The notes under the pieces: model-generated | Database searches by the model: none | The model's input: the letters and a program-made list of their open reading frames with translations, nothing else | Told to the model about the DNA's origin: nothing | Assembly (NCBI GenBank): GCA_014381755.1 | Contig: JACNLB010000120.1 | Location: forward strand, 60,150 to 124,149 | Length of the DNA stretch: 64,000 nucleotides | Source of the DNA: Fidelibacterota bacterium | Lineage (GTDB): Bacteria; Fidelibacterota; Marinisomatia; Marinisomatales; TCS55 | Direction: 5' to 3' | In this document: piece by piece, positions 9,511-20,746 of the stretch | Layout: each line of letters begins with the position of its first letter | Position numbering within the stretch: the stretch's first letter is position 1 | Translations under genes and position numbers: made by a program

Positions 9511-10532
9511 TTAAATAACCTCTGTTGTATTTTTGAATTAAATGTTCTGTTTAAAAGTTTAAACGCTTTTTCCTGGGCAATACGGCCTCTCGATGTTCTC
9601 TGAATAAACCCTTCTTTTATTAAATATGGTTCATAAACATCTTCAATCGTAGAGGCATCTTCACTTACTGCGACCGATAGAGAACCCACACCTACGGGTC
9701 CCCCTTTAAATTGATCAATAAGTGCTATCAGAATGCGGCGGTCCATATCATCTAAACCATGAATATCAATTCCCATTCCGTCCAGTGCTTCTTTGGCTAC
9801 ACTTTCATTTATTTTTCCATTTGCTTTCACTTCTGCATAATCTCTTGCTCGACGTAAAATGCGATTCGCAATCCGCGGTGTGCCCCGGCTCCGGCGTGCC
9901 AATTCCTTGGCGCCTTTATCATCAATATCCACTTCAAGGATTTCAGCTGAACGCCTGATAATATGAAACAAGTCTTCGGCATTATAAAAATCCACACGCA
10001 GTACCACACCAAAACGATCCCGTAATGGAGATGTAAGATTACCCAATCGTGTCGTCGCGCCAATCAACGTAAAGGGTTCCACGTTCAACTGCACACTGCG
10101 GGCGCTGGGGCCCTTGTCGATCATAATTTCAATGCGGTAATCTTCCATGGCGGAATAAAGATATTCCTCCACAACTGAATTCAAGCGGTGGATCTCATCA
10201 ATAAAAAAGACATCCCTTCCCATGAGATTTGTCAATACACCTGCCAAATCACCGGCGCGTTCAAGGACTGGGCCCGACGATTGTTTTAAGCTAACGCTCA
10301 ATTCCTTGGAAATAATGTTTGCCAGTGTTGTTTTACCAAGTCCCGGCGGCCCAAACAACAATACATGATCCAGGGATTCTTTGCGTTTATTGGCCGCTTC
10401 GATATACAGTTTCAAATTGTCTACAACTTCATGCTGACCGATAAATTCATCGAATTTTTCGGGGCGTAAAGACTTTTCAACAATAATGTCTTCTTCAAGG
10501 GGTGTGGGGTCTGTTATGTGAATTTCAGTCAT
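9507..10532 (-). CDS. ruvB: Holliday junction branch migration helicase RuvB
   Basis: [38 protein letters not shown]. Confidence 0.98.
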   Translation of the reverse strand: MTEIHITDPTPLEEDIIVEKSLRPEKFDEFIGQHEVVDNLKLYIEAANKRKESLDHVLLFGPPGLGKTTLANIISKELSVSLKQSSGPVLERAGDLAGVLTNLMGRDVFFIDEIHRLNSVVEEYLYSAMEDYRIEIMIDKGPSARSVQLNVEPFTLIGATTRLGNLTSPLRDRFGVVLRVDFYNAEDLFHIIRRSAEILEVDIDDKGAKELARRSRGTPRIANRILRRARDYAEVKANGKINESVAKEALDGMGIDIHGLDDMDRRILIALIDQFKGGPVGVGSLSVAVSEDASTIEDVYEPYLIKEGFIQRTSRGRIAQEKAFKLLNRTFNSKIQQRLFK

Positions 10533-10602
10533 AAAATGCGGGGTATTGTTCGTAAATCATGCTATTTGAGCCACGAAAGATACAAAAATGAAAGGGGGTT
10601 CG

Positions 10603-12939
10603 TCAAATTTTTGAGCTTTGAGCAGGAATTCCTCCACGAATTTCATCCAGTCGGTCTTTTCGATCAGCAGCAAATTTTGTGATTCCATCCCAAATCCACC
10701 GCGGGGATAAATGTGCTTCATCCACAATTTCATCTACAGACCCGCCGGTACGCCAGCGATTATCCCAATCAGAAGAAAGCGAATATTCTTCAACAATTTT
10801 ATTGGCCACCCATTTATGCATTAACCGTCGTGCTCCGTTGGTAATAATCATAGTATCGTGCCATTCCGTTGGAGCAATAATACTGTTGCGATATTTTTCA
10901 CTTTGTCTTTGGAACAATTCCCAGGATATTGCTGCAACGATTTTAACATTGGGGCCTTCTTCCTTGATCCTCGGCAACAATTCTACAATAGAATTTGTGG
11001 AGCTGGTACCTCGGACAATTACGATACCTTCCTTTGCTTTATCCTGATTATAGTCCCTAATAATATAAGCGCCTTTTGCTGCATCTATATGGGATGCCAT
11101 GCCCAGCGCATTACGATCGGGAATGCTTACAGCGGGACGGGTCAAATGCAAACCAATAATTGGGATATTCGTATTAAATGCCGCTGCCAAAGCCGGAGCA
11201 ACTTCATTATGCTCCCAAGGATGAATGTTCACAATGTGTCCATCAGGAAAAAGCTGTGTAACCCCCGGAGAAAAAATACCGAAGTGCGTGCGGCTGTCTT
11301 CAGCTGTTTCCGGTCCGGAATGCCCAACAACCCAAATAAGTTTTCCCACTTTAAAGTCTGAATCCTGGGCAATTTGACTGAAAAGCCTTAAGGGGCCGTA
11401 TTTCAAATAACTGAAAGATCCATAGGTGCTCATGGCACCGTAAAAACCATTGAAGTCATTGTATACATCTGGATTGAAATTAACTGTCGCCAGTCCGGCC
11501 ATCATTCCGGCGTTGGTAAATTCTGTAATTCCCTGGGGCATTAACGGGCTGTCAGGATTATTATCCTTATTATAAAAACCATGATTCCCCTCCCCGTTCC
11601 ATTCTTTGGCAAAGCCGGAAATGTTTGTTGAATCAGCCAAATCAGCGCTCATGGCAATCACCAGCGGCCGTCCATATTCTTTTTCAGCAATCGTATTAAT
11701 GTAACTGGCATATTTAGAAAAGCCTACACGGTTGGGTGCTTTCTCTCCCGGCTGAACAAAAAGGTCAGAGGGGAGGGAATTGATATTGAATATTGATTTA
11801 TCTGTCGTTGGGTTTTTTGCACTAACACGACATGTTTCGATTTCGTTTGGAACCGAGTCTCCAATCTCAACCAGTGTATCAGCCAAATAGTCTATCAATT
11901 CTTGATTTTTTTCCATGACAGAAAAGACAGTGTGAAAAAGTGCTTTTGCTTGTTCCACTTGTTCATCCCAAGTGTCAGATGCTCCTTCACCAAAACACTC
12001 ATAATCAACATTATACTTTTCAGCAAATTCACTTTTTGTTTTCCAGAACAATTCCGAATTACGTTTGTGGGCAGCGCCATGGCTGGCGTGATCAAATTTA
12101 TGATAGCCCCTTCCTTTGCGCATTCTGGCATAGAGCACCTTGGGCTGATTGGGCTTGGCATTTTCTACGAGTAGTTTATAATACGCATTCGTCAGTGATT
12201 CCCAATCTTCTCCATCCATCGTCCCTTCTACGTGCCAGCCGTGGGAGCCAAACCAATCTTCAGGGGTACCGTACATGATTGAACTAAAAGGTCGATTATC
12301 AATCCCAAAGTCATTCCAATCCATAAAATATATCAAGTTGTCCAACCCAAGCCCCCAGGCAGAATTGATTGTTTCGTGGGATGCGCCTGCGGTAAAACCG
12401 CCTTCACCTTCAAAGGCAAACACTTTTACGTCCGGTACCTTGGCCAATTTCAAGGCTAGCGCTTCCCCTGCAGCGGCGGGTGAACCGTGTCCGCTAGGGC
12501 CCGTATTAAACTTAAAAAAGAGTGTTTTACCTTCCATTTCCGCATGGCCAGGAAGACCGCCGTTGCGACGCAGGGTTAATAGATCCTCCCAAACAAGTTG
12601 GTAATTTTCGCCTTTAAAATGTTGATATTTTTTATCCCCGGTTTGTTTGTACTTAATACGCATAGCTTCATTCAACACAGCCAGTGCGGCATAAACAACC
12701 GGATTTGCATGGCCGGCCACCAGCACAAACCGATCACCAAAACGCTTACCGGCTTCACGAATGTCCCATCGCATAGCCCCGGAAAGCAATGTGGCAACCA
12801 TGCAGTGTACTTTGGAACGAGAGCCTCCTGGGTGTCCGCTCTGGCGTAGGTTCAGCATAATATCGATGCATTGATCAATAAGATCTTTGGTGACTTCCCA
12901 ATGTGAAAATACGTTTTTTAATTCCTGTGGTTTTTTCAT
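10603..12939 (-). CDS. Transketolase-family ThDP enzyme, divergent (start probably MKKPQ at 12939)
   Basis: SGHPGG, DRFVLVAGH, LPGHAE, TGPSGHG, GEG..N ThDP-motif variant, GITEF, AEDSRTH. Confidence 0.85.
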   Translation of the reverse strand: MKKPQELKNVFSHWEVTKDLIDQCIDIMLNLRQSGHPGGSRSKVHCMVATLLSGAMRWDIREAGKRFGDRFVLVAGHANPVVYAALAVLNEAMRIKYKQTGDKKYQHFKGENYQLVWEDLLTLRRNGGLPGHAEMEGKTLFFKFNTGPSGHGSPAAAGEALALKLAKVPDVKVFAFEGEGGFTAGASHETINSAWGLGLDNLIYFMDWNDFGIDNRPFSSIMYGTPEDWFGSHGWHVEGTMDGEDWESLTNAYYKLLVENAKPNQPKVLYARMRKGRGYHKFDHASHGAAHKRNSELFWKTKSEFAEKYNVDYECFGEGASDTWDEQVEQAKALFHTVFSVMEKNQELIDYLADTLVEIGDSVPNEIETCRVSAKNPTTDKSIFNINSLPSDLFVQPGEKAPNRVGFSKYASYINTIAEKEYGRPLVIAMSADLADSTNISGFAKEWNGEGNHGFYNKDNNPDSPLMPQGITEFTNAGMMAGLATVNFNPDVYNDFNGFYGAMSTYGSFSYLKYGPLRLFSQIAQDSDFKVGKLIWVVGHSGPETAEDSRTHFGIFSPGVTQLFPDGHIVNIHPWEHNEVAPALAAAFNTNIPIIGLHLTRPAVSIPDRNALGMASHIDAAKGAYIIRDYNQDKAKEGIVIVRGTSSTNSIVELLPRIKEEGPNVKIVAAISWELFQRQSEKYRNSIIAPTEWHDTMIITNGARRLMHKWVANKIVEEYSLSSDWDNRWRTGGSVDEIVDEAHLSPRWIWDGITKFAADRKDRLDEIRGGIPAQSSKI

Positions 12940-12946
12940 TTTTTCT

Positions 12947-15784
12947 TTATTTTCCCGTTTTTCTACCATTCAATGTTTTTCTTAAAAATGCGCCTGTATA
13001 AGAAGATTTTTCCCTGCTCAAATCTTCCGGTGTTCCTGCAAATATCAATTCGCCGCCTTCATCGCCGCCTTCCGGCCCCAAATCAATAATCCAATCTGCA
13101 GATTTAATGACATCCATATTATGTTCTATAACAATCACTGTGTTGCCTTTTTCGATCAATCGCTGCAACACAGCCAGAAGCATCTTCACATCTTCAAAAT
13201 GCAAACCGGTAGTGGGTTCATCTAATATATATAGGGTGCGGTCTCTGCTGACCCTGGAAAGCTCCGTAGCCAATTTGACGCGCTGGGCTTCTCCGCCGGA
13301 CAATGTTGTGGCTTGTTGTCCCAGACGAATATAACCAAGGCCTACTTCGAACAATGTTGTTAATTTTTTCTTTACAGATGGAATATTTTTAAAAAATGTA
13401 AGCGCTTCTTCCACCGACATACTTAACACATCAGCGATCGTTTTTCCTTTATACATAATTTCCAGTGTTTCCCTGTTGTATCGCGCTCCTTTACATACTT
13501 CACACGTAACATAAACGTCGGGGAGAAAATTCATTTCTATTTTAATAATTCCATCCCCTTCGCATGATGCACAACGCCCCCCTTTAACATTGAATGAAAA
13601 ACGGCCTGGTTTATAGCCACGAATTTTGGCTTCCGGCAATTGGGAAAACAGGTCGCGGATAAATGTAAAAACACCTGTATAAGTTGCCGGGTTGGAACGG
13701 GGTGTTCGACCGATGGGTTTTTGATCAATTTCCACAACCTTATCCAAATATTCCAAACCGCCTACCTCATCAAAGGGCAGTGGGTAAGCGCGGGCATTGT
13801 TCAATTCTTTATGTAAAATGGGGAATAATGTTTCATTCACCAGCGTACTTTTTCCACTACCGGACACACCGGTGACAACCACCATTTTTCCCAAAGGAAT
13901 GGCAACATCCAATTTTTTCAAATTATTTCCCCGTGTGCCTTTTAACATCAGCGCTTTACCGTTTCCATTCCGGCGATATTTTGGAATGGGAATTTTGCGA
14001 CGTCCGGATAAATATAATCCTGTAATGGATTTTCTGCATTTCAATAGCTGTTTTGGCGGTCCGGAAAAAATAACTTCTCCGCCATGTTCCCCGGCGCCCG
14101 GACCTAAATCTACGACTTGATCAGCCGATTCCATTGTTTCCTGGTCGTGCTCAACAACAAGGATAGTATTCCCGAGATTACGTAATGTTTGCAACGTGTC
14201 TAACAAACGGGCATTGTCCCTGGGGTGGAGACCGATAGACGGCTCATCCAAAATATATAAAACGCCTACAAGTTGGGAACCGATTTGTGTGGCCAATCGG
14301 ATACGTTGTGCTTCTCCTCCGGAGAGAGTTGTAGCTGAACGATCCAACGTTAGGTAGTTCAATCCTACATTCACCAAAAAGCCAAGCCTGTTTTTCACTT
14401 CTTTTAATATTTGTTCAGCAATTTGGGTTTCCGTTTTTGTGAGTTTAATATTTTTAAAAAATTCCAGTGCGCCTTTTATGGATAAAGAAGCCACATCTCC
14501 CAAACTCATTTCATTGATATACACGGAACGGCTTTCTATACGTAAGCGAGCACCATTACATTCTGGACATGGACGCATACTCATAAATTGTTCAATCCAG
14601 TTTTGTATATGACCAGATTTCGTCTGCTTGTATCGTCGCATTAAGTTCGGGATTGCTCCTTCCCAGCCGCCGGTATATGTTCCTGTCCAGCGTTTGGAAG
14701 AATAGGACATTTTCATTTGTTTTGATCCGGAACCGAACAAAAGCATTTCACGAACTTTTTTGTCTAATTTCATCCAGGGCGTGGTAAACCTGAAATCATA
14801 ATGTCTGGACAGGCTTTTTAAAATACTTCCGTACCAATTTCCCCGGGGCTGCTCACCCAAAGGCGCAACCGCACCTTGAATGATTGACTTGGTTTTATCC
14901 GGAACAACAAGTTCCGGATCAATTTCCATGTGGGATCCCAATCCATCGCAATGGGGACATGCGCCGTAAGGAGAGTTAAAGGAAAACATGCGTGGGGATA
15001 ATTCTTCCAATGATACTTCGCAATGAGGGCAGGCAAAATGCTCACTGAATAAATGATCTGTTTTGGGCAATTCATGAATAATGATTAATCCGGAACCAAT
15101 TTTTAAAGCGAGCTCAATAGATTCGGTCAAGCGCTCCCTGTAATCACCTTCAATAATTAGTCTATCAACCACGACCTCAATGGTGTGTTTCTTATTTTTT
15201 TCTAATTTAATCTTGTCATCAATACCATACACTTTGCCATCGACTCGAGCGCGGAGAAACCCTTCTTTCTTAATTTCTTCAAACACACCTTTATGCTGGC
15301 CTTTGCGTCCACGAACAACTGGAGCCAGTACAAAAAACTTGGTCTCAATTTTAAATTTGCAAATAGCATCAACAATCTGCTGGACTGTTTGCTTTTGAAT
15401 CGGACGGCTGCATATCCAACAATGGGGTTTGCCAATGTGGGCATAAAGTAATCGTAAATAATCGTGTATTTCTGTGACGGTTCCTACCGTGGATCTTGGA
15501 TTGCGCGCTGACGCTTTTTGTTCGATGGAGATTGCAGGAGATAAACCTTCAATAGTATCCATGTCCGGTTTTTCCATAAGTCCTAAAAATTGCCGAGCAT
15601 AGGATGACAGCGATTCCACATATCGGCGCTGGCCTTCCGCATAAATAGTGTCGAACGCCAAGGAGGATTTTCCCGATCCGGACAGACCGGTAATGACCAC
15701 TAATTTATTGCGCGGTATCTCCAAGTCAATATTTTTGAGATTATGCTGGCGGGCACCCTTTATAATGATTTTATCTTGCTTCAT
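12947..15784 (-). CDS. uvrA: Excinuclease ABC subunit A
   Basis: Two ABC ATPase domains ([31 protein letters not shown] twice) and zinc fingers. Confidence 0.99.
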   Translation of the reverse strand: MKQDKIIIKGARQHNLKNIDLEIPRNKLVVITGLSGSGKSSLAFDTIYAEGQRRYVESLSSYARQFLGLMEKPDMDTIEGLSPAISIEQKASARNPRSTVGTVTEIHDYLRLLYAHIGKPHCWICSRPIQKQTVQQIVDAICKFKIETKFFVLAPVVRGRKGQHKGVFEEIKKEGFLRARVDGKVYGIDDKIKLEKNKKHTIEVVVDRLIIEGDYRERLTESIELALKIGSGLIIIHELPKTDHLFSEHFACPHCEVSLEELSPRMFSFNSPYGACPHCDGLGSHMEIDPELVVPDKTKSIIQGAVAPLGEQPRGNWYGSILKSLSRHYDFRFTTPWMKLDKKVREMLLFGSGSKQMKMSYSSKRWTGTYTGGWEGAIPNLMRRYKQTKSGHIQNWIEQFMSMRPCPECNGARLRIESRSVYINEMSLGDVASLSIKGALEFFKNIKLTKTETQIAEQILKEVKNRLGFLVNVGLNYLTLDRSATTLSGGEAQRIRLATQIGSQLVGVLYILDEPSIGLHPRDNARLLDTLQTLRNLGNTILVVEHDQETMESADQVVDLGPGAGEHGGEVIFSGPPKQLLKCRKSITGLYLSGRRKIPIPKYRRNGNGKALMLKGTRGNNLKKLDVAIPLGKMVVVTGVSGSGKSTLVNETLFPILHKELNNARAYPLPFDEVGGLEYLDKVVEIDQKPIGRTPRSNPATYTGVFTFIRDLFSQLPEAKIRGYKPGRFSFNVKGGRCASCEGDGIIKIEMNFLPDVYVTCEVCKGARYNRETLEIMYKGKTIADVLSMSVEEALTFFKNIPSVKKKLTTLFEVGLGYIRLGQQATTLSGGEAQRVKLATELSRVSRDRTLYILDEPTTGLHFEDVKMLLAVLQRLIEKGNTVIVIEHNMDVIKSADWIIDLGPEGGDEGGELIFAGTPEDLSREKSSYTGAFLRKTLNGRKTGK

Positions 15785-15918
15785 AATATCGTTTTTGTCA
15801 TTTTGAAATGACAGCCTAGAATTTACGTATTATTCAGCCGTTTTCATAAAGCCATTTGCATTTATTGTACTAGAGTATTGGTAATTAATTATAGACTTTT
15901 AAGATACCCCCAATCAAC

Positions 15919-15947
15919 TTGTTTCAAAATCTCAAAAACCTTACATT
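15919..15947 (+). promoter_or_regulatory. Putative sigma70 promoter giving a leaderless transcript
   Basis: TTGTTT-17 nt-TACATT, 6 nt before ATG 15954; no SD. Confidence 0.45.
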
Positions 15948-15953
15948 TAAACA

Positions 15954-16511
15954 ATGGCGTCATTAAAAAATCAGATCATTATTTCCATGCCTCACATGCA
16001 GGATCCCTATTTCGGCCGGGCTGTTGTGTTTATTTGTGAACATAATCAAGATGGTGCTTTGGGGTTTATCGTTAATAAACCCTTTGAAACACCGGAACTT
16101 CAGGATTTATTTTCAGATTTTTTTCCAGAAGAAGATGATATTTTAAAATTGGTTCCTGACGTTTATTTTGGCGGACCGGTTCTTGTGGAACGGGGAATTG
16201 TTTTGCATTCTGCTGATTATGAAACTGAAAGTACTATAGTAATTGGGGATGATTTTTCATTAACCAGCAATAAAGCCATTATTCAGGAAATTGCAGAAAA
16301 GAAAGGGCCTAAACATTCTAAACTTATGTTAGGCCATGCAGGCTGGGCACAGTATCAATTAGAAGCTGAAATTGAGAATGGTGACTGGCTTCTGCAACAT
16401 ACGAATCTTGATTTTATTTTCAATACAGAAGAAAAATTTATGTGGGATATGGCGACTAAATCTTTTGGCATAGATATGTCTGAATTTTCCGGGCTGGGCG
16501 GTTCGGCCTAG
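15954..16511 (+). CDS. YqgE/AlgH family protein (UPF0301)
   Basis: P.MQDPYFGRAVVFICEH..DGALGFIVNKP, GGPV, GHAGW..QLEAEI. Confidence 0.92.
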   Translation: MASLKNQIIISMPHMQDPYFGRAVVFICEHNQDGALGFIVNKPFETPELQDLFSDFFPEEDDILKLVPDVYFGGPVLVERGIVLHSADYETESTIVIGDDFSLTSNKAIIQEIAEKKGPKHSKLMLGHAGWAQYQLEAEIENGDWLLQHTNLDFIFNTEEKFMWDMATKSFGIDMSEFSGLGGSA

Positions 16512-16577
16512 TCAGTAATTTTGATTATTTAGTTTTTCTTCTTAATTTCTACCGAGATTCATAATAATGGTGATTTT

Positions 16578-16931
16578 ATGAAAAAGTTTGCATTTATTCT
16601 TATCCCAGTCCTTATGCTTGTATCCTGTAATCAAGATCCGGAAAAGGAATTGGTCTTTATTGATCCTATACAATGTCTTGGCAATTCTTGGGATGCGGCA
16701 TGGCTGGAAACCCACGATTATGATGAATATCCGAGAACGGAAAGCGAACAGTTAAAAATATTTACGGATTACTATGAAGCACAGGGTATTAAGATGGTTG
16801 ATGTTTACAGCGCCTTGGTGTTTGACGCAGTATGTGATGCATGTAGCTGTCCAACAGGATATAGAATCTTTTGCATGGTAAAGGCAGGCGATGTTGATTT
16901 CCTGCTAGATTCAGGATTTAGTCAACATTAA
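16578..16931 (+). CDS. Hypothetical Cys-rich lipoprotein
   Basis: Lipobox LVSC; QCLGNSW and CDACSCPTG motifs. Confidence 0.75.
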   Translation: MKKFAFILIPVLMLVSCNQDPEKELVFIDPIQCLGNSWDAAWLETHDYDEYPRTESEQLKIFTDYYEAQGIKMVDVYSALVFDAVCDACSCPTGYRIFCMVKAGDVDFLLDSGFSQH

Positions 16932-17022
16932 ATTATTGATCCTGTATTTGTTAACAAACTAGCATACAACAGTCCGGAAAGCCTGTCGTACTTTTACGTT
17001 AAGACAGCTTAATTTCTCGCCC

Positions 17023-17925
17023 ATGAAAAAATACCTTCCACCCCTGGCTGTAATAGCAGCCGCATTTTTATGGAGCCTTGATGGATTGCTGCGCCAACAA
17101 TTATTCACTGTTTCTTCTTTTTTAATCATTACTCTGGAGCATGCTTTAGGAGCTATCCTGTTTTTACCCTTTCTTATCAAAGGCTGGAATAATGTAAAAA
17201 CACTGGACCAGCGCGGGTGGGGTTCTATTATGTGGATCAGTATCTGTGGAGGAATTTTAGGTACGTTTTTTTACACAAAAGCATTGAGTTACATCAATTA
17301 TATTGATCTTTCCGTTGTGGTATTGCTTCAAAAATTTCAACCTATTTTTGCCATTATACTCGCAGCCGTTATATTAAAGGAAAAACTGTCTAATCGCTTT
17401 TTATTATTAGCCGTTACCGCTTTGGTTGGCGGTTACCTCGTCACCTTTGGTAAGAAACCCATGGTTGACTGGGATGATAAAACCATGATTGCATCTTTAC
17501 TTGCTTTGTTGGCTGCATTCAGTTGGGGGAGTTCAACCGTTTTGGGAAAACATGCGCTGAATAAATTGCCCTTTCAGTTAGTAACTTCTTTGAGGCTTAC
17601 CATTACTGCTTTACTGGCTGGAATTGTACTAATTGGCATGGGGGGCGCATCTGAAATTGTGTCATTAAATTCCTCCCAATGGACTGTTTTAGCAATCATT
17701 GTAATTTCAACCGGGGCTGTCGCTCTGTTCATATATTATTACGGCTTGAACCATTTGCCCGCATCTCACACTACTATTTATGAATTATTCTGGCCATTTT
17801 CAGCTATCTGCTTTGATTGGTTTATTCGCGGCCGAGCCATGTCGCCGGCCCAGGCAGCCGGTGCGATTATCCTGCTGACAGCCATTGTATTATTGACGCA
17901 GGAACGGCAAAATAATAATGGTTGA
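17023..17925 (+). CDS. DMT/EamA family transporter
   Basis: About 10 TM helices in two EamA repeats (AAFLWS.., AAFSWG..). Confidence 0.88.
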   Translation: MKKYLPPLAVIAAAFLWSLDGLLRQQLFTVSSFLIITLEHALGAILFLPFLIKGWNNVKTLDQRGWGSIMWISICGGILGTFFYTKALSYINYIDLSVVVLLQKFQPIFAIILAAVILKEKLSNRFLLLAVTALVGGYLVTFGKKPMVDWDDKTMIASLLALLAAFSWGSSTVLGKHALNKLPFQLVTSLRLTITALLAGIVLIGMGGASEIVSLNSSQWTVLAIIVISTGAVALFIYYYGLNHLPASHTTIYELFWPFSAICFDWFIRGRAMSPAQAAGAIILLTAIVLLTQERQNNNG

Positions 17926-19189
17926 GCTAACAAAAAAAAATCTATCCCGTAATTTATTTTTAAACTGTATTCATGAATTCAGCTGGGGGTTTGGGATTGC
18001 GTTTCATACTACCTATGCTATAATTCCTTTATTTTTAAAAAAGCTGGGTGCACCCGATGCAGTGATTATTTCTGTTGCGGGCTTGTTCAGTATACTAATC
18101 GCATTCCCCATGCTGTTTTCTGCGGTTTTGGGGCGCAATATTCGCAATATTAAAAAGGCTGTTTTTTGGACTCATAGTGTTGTGTTGCCTCCTATATTTA
18201 TTGCAGGATTTCTGTTTGCTTTCCTGGCGCCAACGGGACCGAATGCATGGATTTACTATTATGTGTGTTTTATTCTTTATTGTTTAGCCGTGGGATTTAT
18301 TATTCCCATTTGGGCAGATTTTCTCTCCCATGTTTTTCCACGAAAATCCCGGGGTCATTATTTGGGTATTTCGTTTGCATTTAATAGTATCGGTGGTTTT
18401 GTTGGTGGTATTATTGTTAAAATTCTGTTGAACAGTTCAGTCCCTTTCCCAAACAATTTTGGATGGGGATTTATCATTATGGGAATTTCTTTGGGGCTGG
18501 GGATTTTTGCCTATGTGTTCTATAATGTCGATAATAAATCAGATAAAATACCTCATAAAACAATAAGTGAATTTTGGCAGAACACAAAAGAGATCATACG
18601 TACACATGAAAATTTTAAACGCTATTTATACAGCCGGATTTTTTTTACTGCTCACTTCCCCGCTATGAGTCTTTATGCGGTTTATACTCAAGATTTGTTT
18701 GGTTTTGATATCAGTGAAGCAGGTGTTTTTGTTGTATTACAAGTTATAACATTTGGATTAGGAAGTGTTGTGTCAGGTAAAATTGGTGATCGCTGGGGAC
18801 ATAAATTGGCTATTACACTTTCTTTTTGTGGTTATTTATTGGCGATTGCTTTTACTGTTTTTGCCACGTCCATGCTTCATGTATATGCCATTTTCCTTTC
18901 ATTGGGATTAGGGCAGGGAGGGTTTATGCCTTCCGCTATGAATATGGTTTACGAATTTGCAGAATCACGAGACAGTAAAACATATATGGCACTTATCGAT
19001 ACATTTTTAGCTCCCTTTGTTTTACTGATGATTGTAGGGGCAAGTATTTTGAACCCAATCATTGGAACTCGTAATTTATTCATTTTGTCGGGCGGGTTAA
19101 TTATTATTGGCCTGCTGCAATTAGTATTCCGAGTCAAAGAGCCTCATCTCCATCCCCACACGTCCACTGGTTCATTGGTGAAGCAGTGA
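17918..19189 (+). CDS. MFS transporter
   Basis: About 12 TM helices; GKIGDRWGHK motif A. Confidence 0.88.
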   Translation: MVELTKKNLSRNLFLNCIHEFSWGFGIAFHTTYAIIPLFLKKLGAPDAVIISVAGLFSILIAFPMLFSAVLGRNIRNIKKAVFWTHSVVLPPIFIAGFLFAFLAPTGPNAWIYYYVCFILYCLAVGFIIPIWADFLSHVFPRKSRGHYLGISFAFNSIGGFVGGIIVKILLNSSVPFPNNFGWGFIIMGISLGLGIFAYVFYNVDNKSDKIPHKTISEFWQNTKEIIRTHENFKRYLYSRIFFTAHFPAMSLYAVYTQDLFGFDISEAGVFVVLQVITFGLGSVVSGKIGDRWGHKLAITLSFCGYLLAIAFTVFATSMLHVYAIFLSLGLGQGGFMPSAMNMVYEFAESRDSKTYMALIDTFLAPFVLLMIVGASILNPIIGTRNLFILSGGLIIIGLLQLVFRVKEPHLHPHTSTGSLVKQ

Positions 19190-19276
19190 GTTACGACTGG
19201 TTTTTTGTGAGTAAATAACAAACTTTTTCCTTGTTTTCCTGACGGTATGCAATGAAATTCTACACAGGTTCCGAGG

Positions 19277-19651
19277 ATGATTAAACACCTGAAAAACATA
19301 TTACTACCCCTTCTTGCTGTATTAGCATTAACCGGTTGCAAAGATGATCCCCAACGGCATTTACAATTGGCGCAATGGTATTCTCAAAAGGGACTTGTAG
19401 ATGAAGCCATTTTGGAATATCGTGAAGTAACCCGGCTGCTTCCTGCTGATATTAAATCTTTAAGCAGAGCCGATTACGAATTACTGGCCGAGGCTCACTA
19501 TCGGCTGGCACTTATGTATACAAAAAAAGATTGGTGGGATTACGCGCTGGAAGAGGCTGAAACGAGTTTTGAATTATTACCAACCCGAGAACATTATGAT
19601 ATAGTCACGCTTTTAAGAAAGCGTGTTGTTTTGCAGGATATAGGATCCTGA
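19277..19651 (+). CDS. TPR-containing lipoprotein
   Basis: Lipobox LTGC; TPR-like helices (LAQWYSQKGLVDEAI, AHYRLALMY). Confidence 0.75.
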   Translation: MIKHLKNILLPLLAVLALTGCKDDPQRHLQLAQWYSQKGLVDEAILEYREVTRLLPADIKSLSRADYELLAEAHYRLALMYTKKDWWDYALEEAETSFELLPTREHYDIVTLLRKRVVLQDIGS

Positions 19652-19674
19652 TTATTATCTAATTTCTTTCGGTT

Positions 19675-20457
19675 TTAAAAAGACCCCGATCGGCTTTCAC
19701 CGCCATCACAATAAATAATAGAACAATTTATAAAGTCTGCTTCCGGCTTTAGTAATAGAGAAATTGTATTGGCTACATCTTCCGGGGTGGTTGTACGCCT
19801 CATAGGATTTCGCTTCTTGGTATTTTCAACCCACGCTTCCCAATTATCAGTGATTTTTGTTAATGCCCGAGTTGGTGTCACTCCTGCTTGAACTGAATTT
19901 GCTGTAATTCCAAATTGTCCAAGTTCCCAACCTATCTGGCGAATGATGGCTTCCATGGCAACTTTGGCTACACTTACAGGACCATAGCCTTCCATAGAAA
20001 CATAGTTTCCTTCACTCGTTAGTCCCAGTATGCGTGAACCTTTAGCCAGAAGTTTTGCATCGTACAACTTTTGGGTCCAATACAATAATGAATTTCCCAT
20101 GACATGTACCGTCATATCCATTTGCTTTTGGTTCACAGGTTTTTCACCAAAAAAGTTTGTGGTCGTACCAAAAGCGATAGAGTGCAGCATCAATTTTAAT
20201 GGCTGTCCCCCGGTAATTTCAGCAATCTGGGGAATGGTTTTATCCATGGTTTCCAGTGCTGCTGCATTCGTATTAAAATAATGACAATTGCCGTTTGTGA
20301 TTTTGTTTACTTCCGCAATGGTTTCACCTGCAATTTTTTTCGCTTCACCGCGGTCAAAGTGAAATGCAATCACACCATAACCATCTTTGGCCAATCGCTT
20401 AGCTGTTGCGGCTCCATGACCTGTTGATCCACCAAGTATTAGTACCCATTCAGACAT
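19675..20457 (-). CDS. SDR-family enoyl-ACP reductase (FabL/FabI-like); true start MSEWV at 20457
   Basis: ILGGSTGHG Rossmann motif, YGPVSVAK (Yx6K of enoyl-ACP reductases), TTPEDVA, CDGG; divergent from fabA. Confidence 0.8.
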   Translation of the reverse strand: MSEWVLILGGSTGHGAATAKRLAKDGYGVIAFHFDRGEAKKIAGETIAEVNKITNGNCHYFNTNAAALETMDKTIPQIAEITGGQPLKLMLHSIAFGTTTNFFGEKPVNQKQMDMTVHVMGNSLLYWTQKLYDAKLLAKGSRILGLTSEGNYVSMEGYGPVSVAKVAMEAIIRQIGWELGQFGITANSVQAGVTPTRALTKITDNWEAWVENTKKRNPMRRTTTPEDVANTISLLLKPEADFINCSIIYCDGGESRSGSF

Positions 20458-20746
20458 ATTTTTCTCCGAGAATTTAAGCGGGAATTTAGGGAAGACTGAA
20501 GCAAAGCCAAACCAAGAACACAAAAGAATAATGGGCAAACAGACATTATGATTTAGAATCTTTTGATAAACCTTATGTATGAAGAAAAAAGAATTAAAAT
20601 TTACCTGATTGAGGCAAAAAACGAAGCCAATAGCGGCGCTACGGGCAAGTTTTCTAACGAAAAGCGGAGAGATTTTAAACTTTTTAATTTGTGCAAGAGG
20701 TTTTTCAAAGGATTCTTTAACTTCTATGCTTATAAAGGATAAAATA

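Noticed and set aside
15785-15953. SOS/LexA box upstream of uvrA
   Set aside because: No convincing palindrome matching a LexA motif I can recognise.
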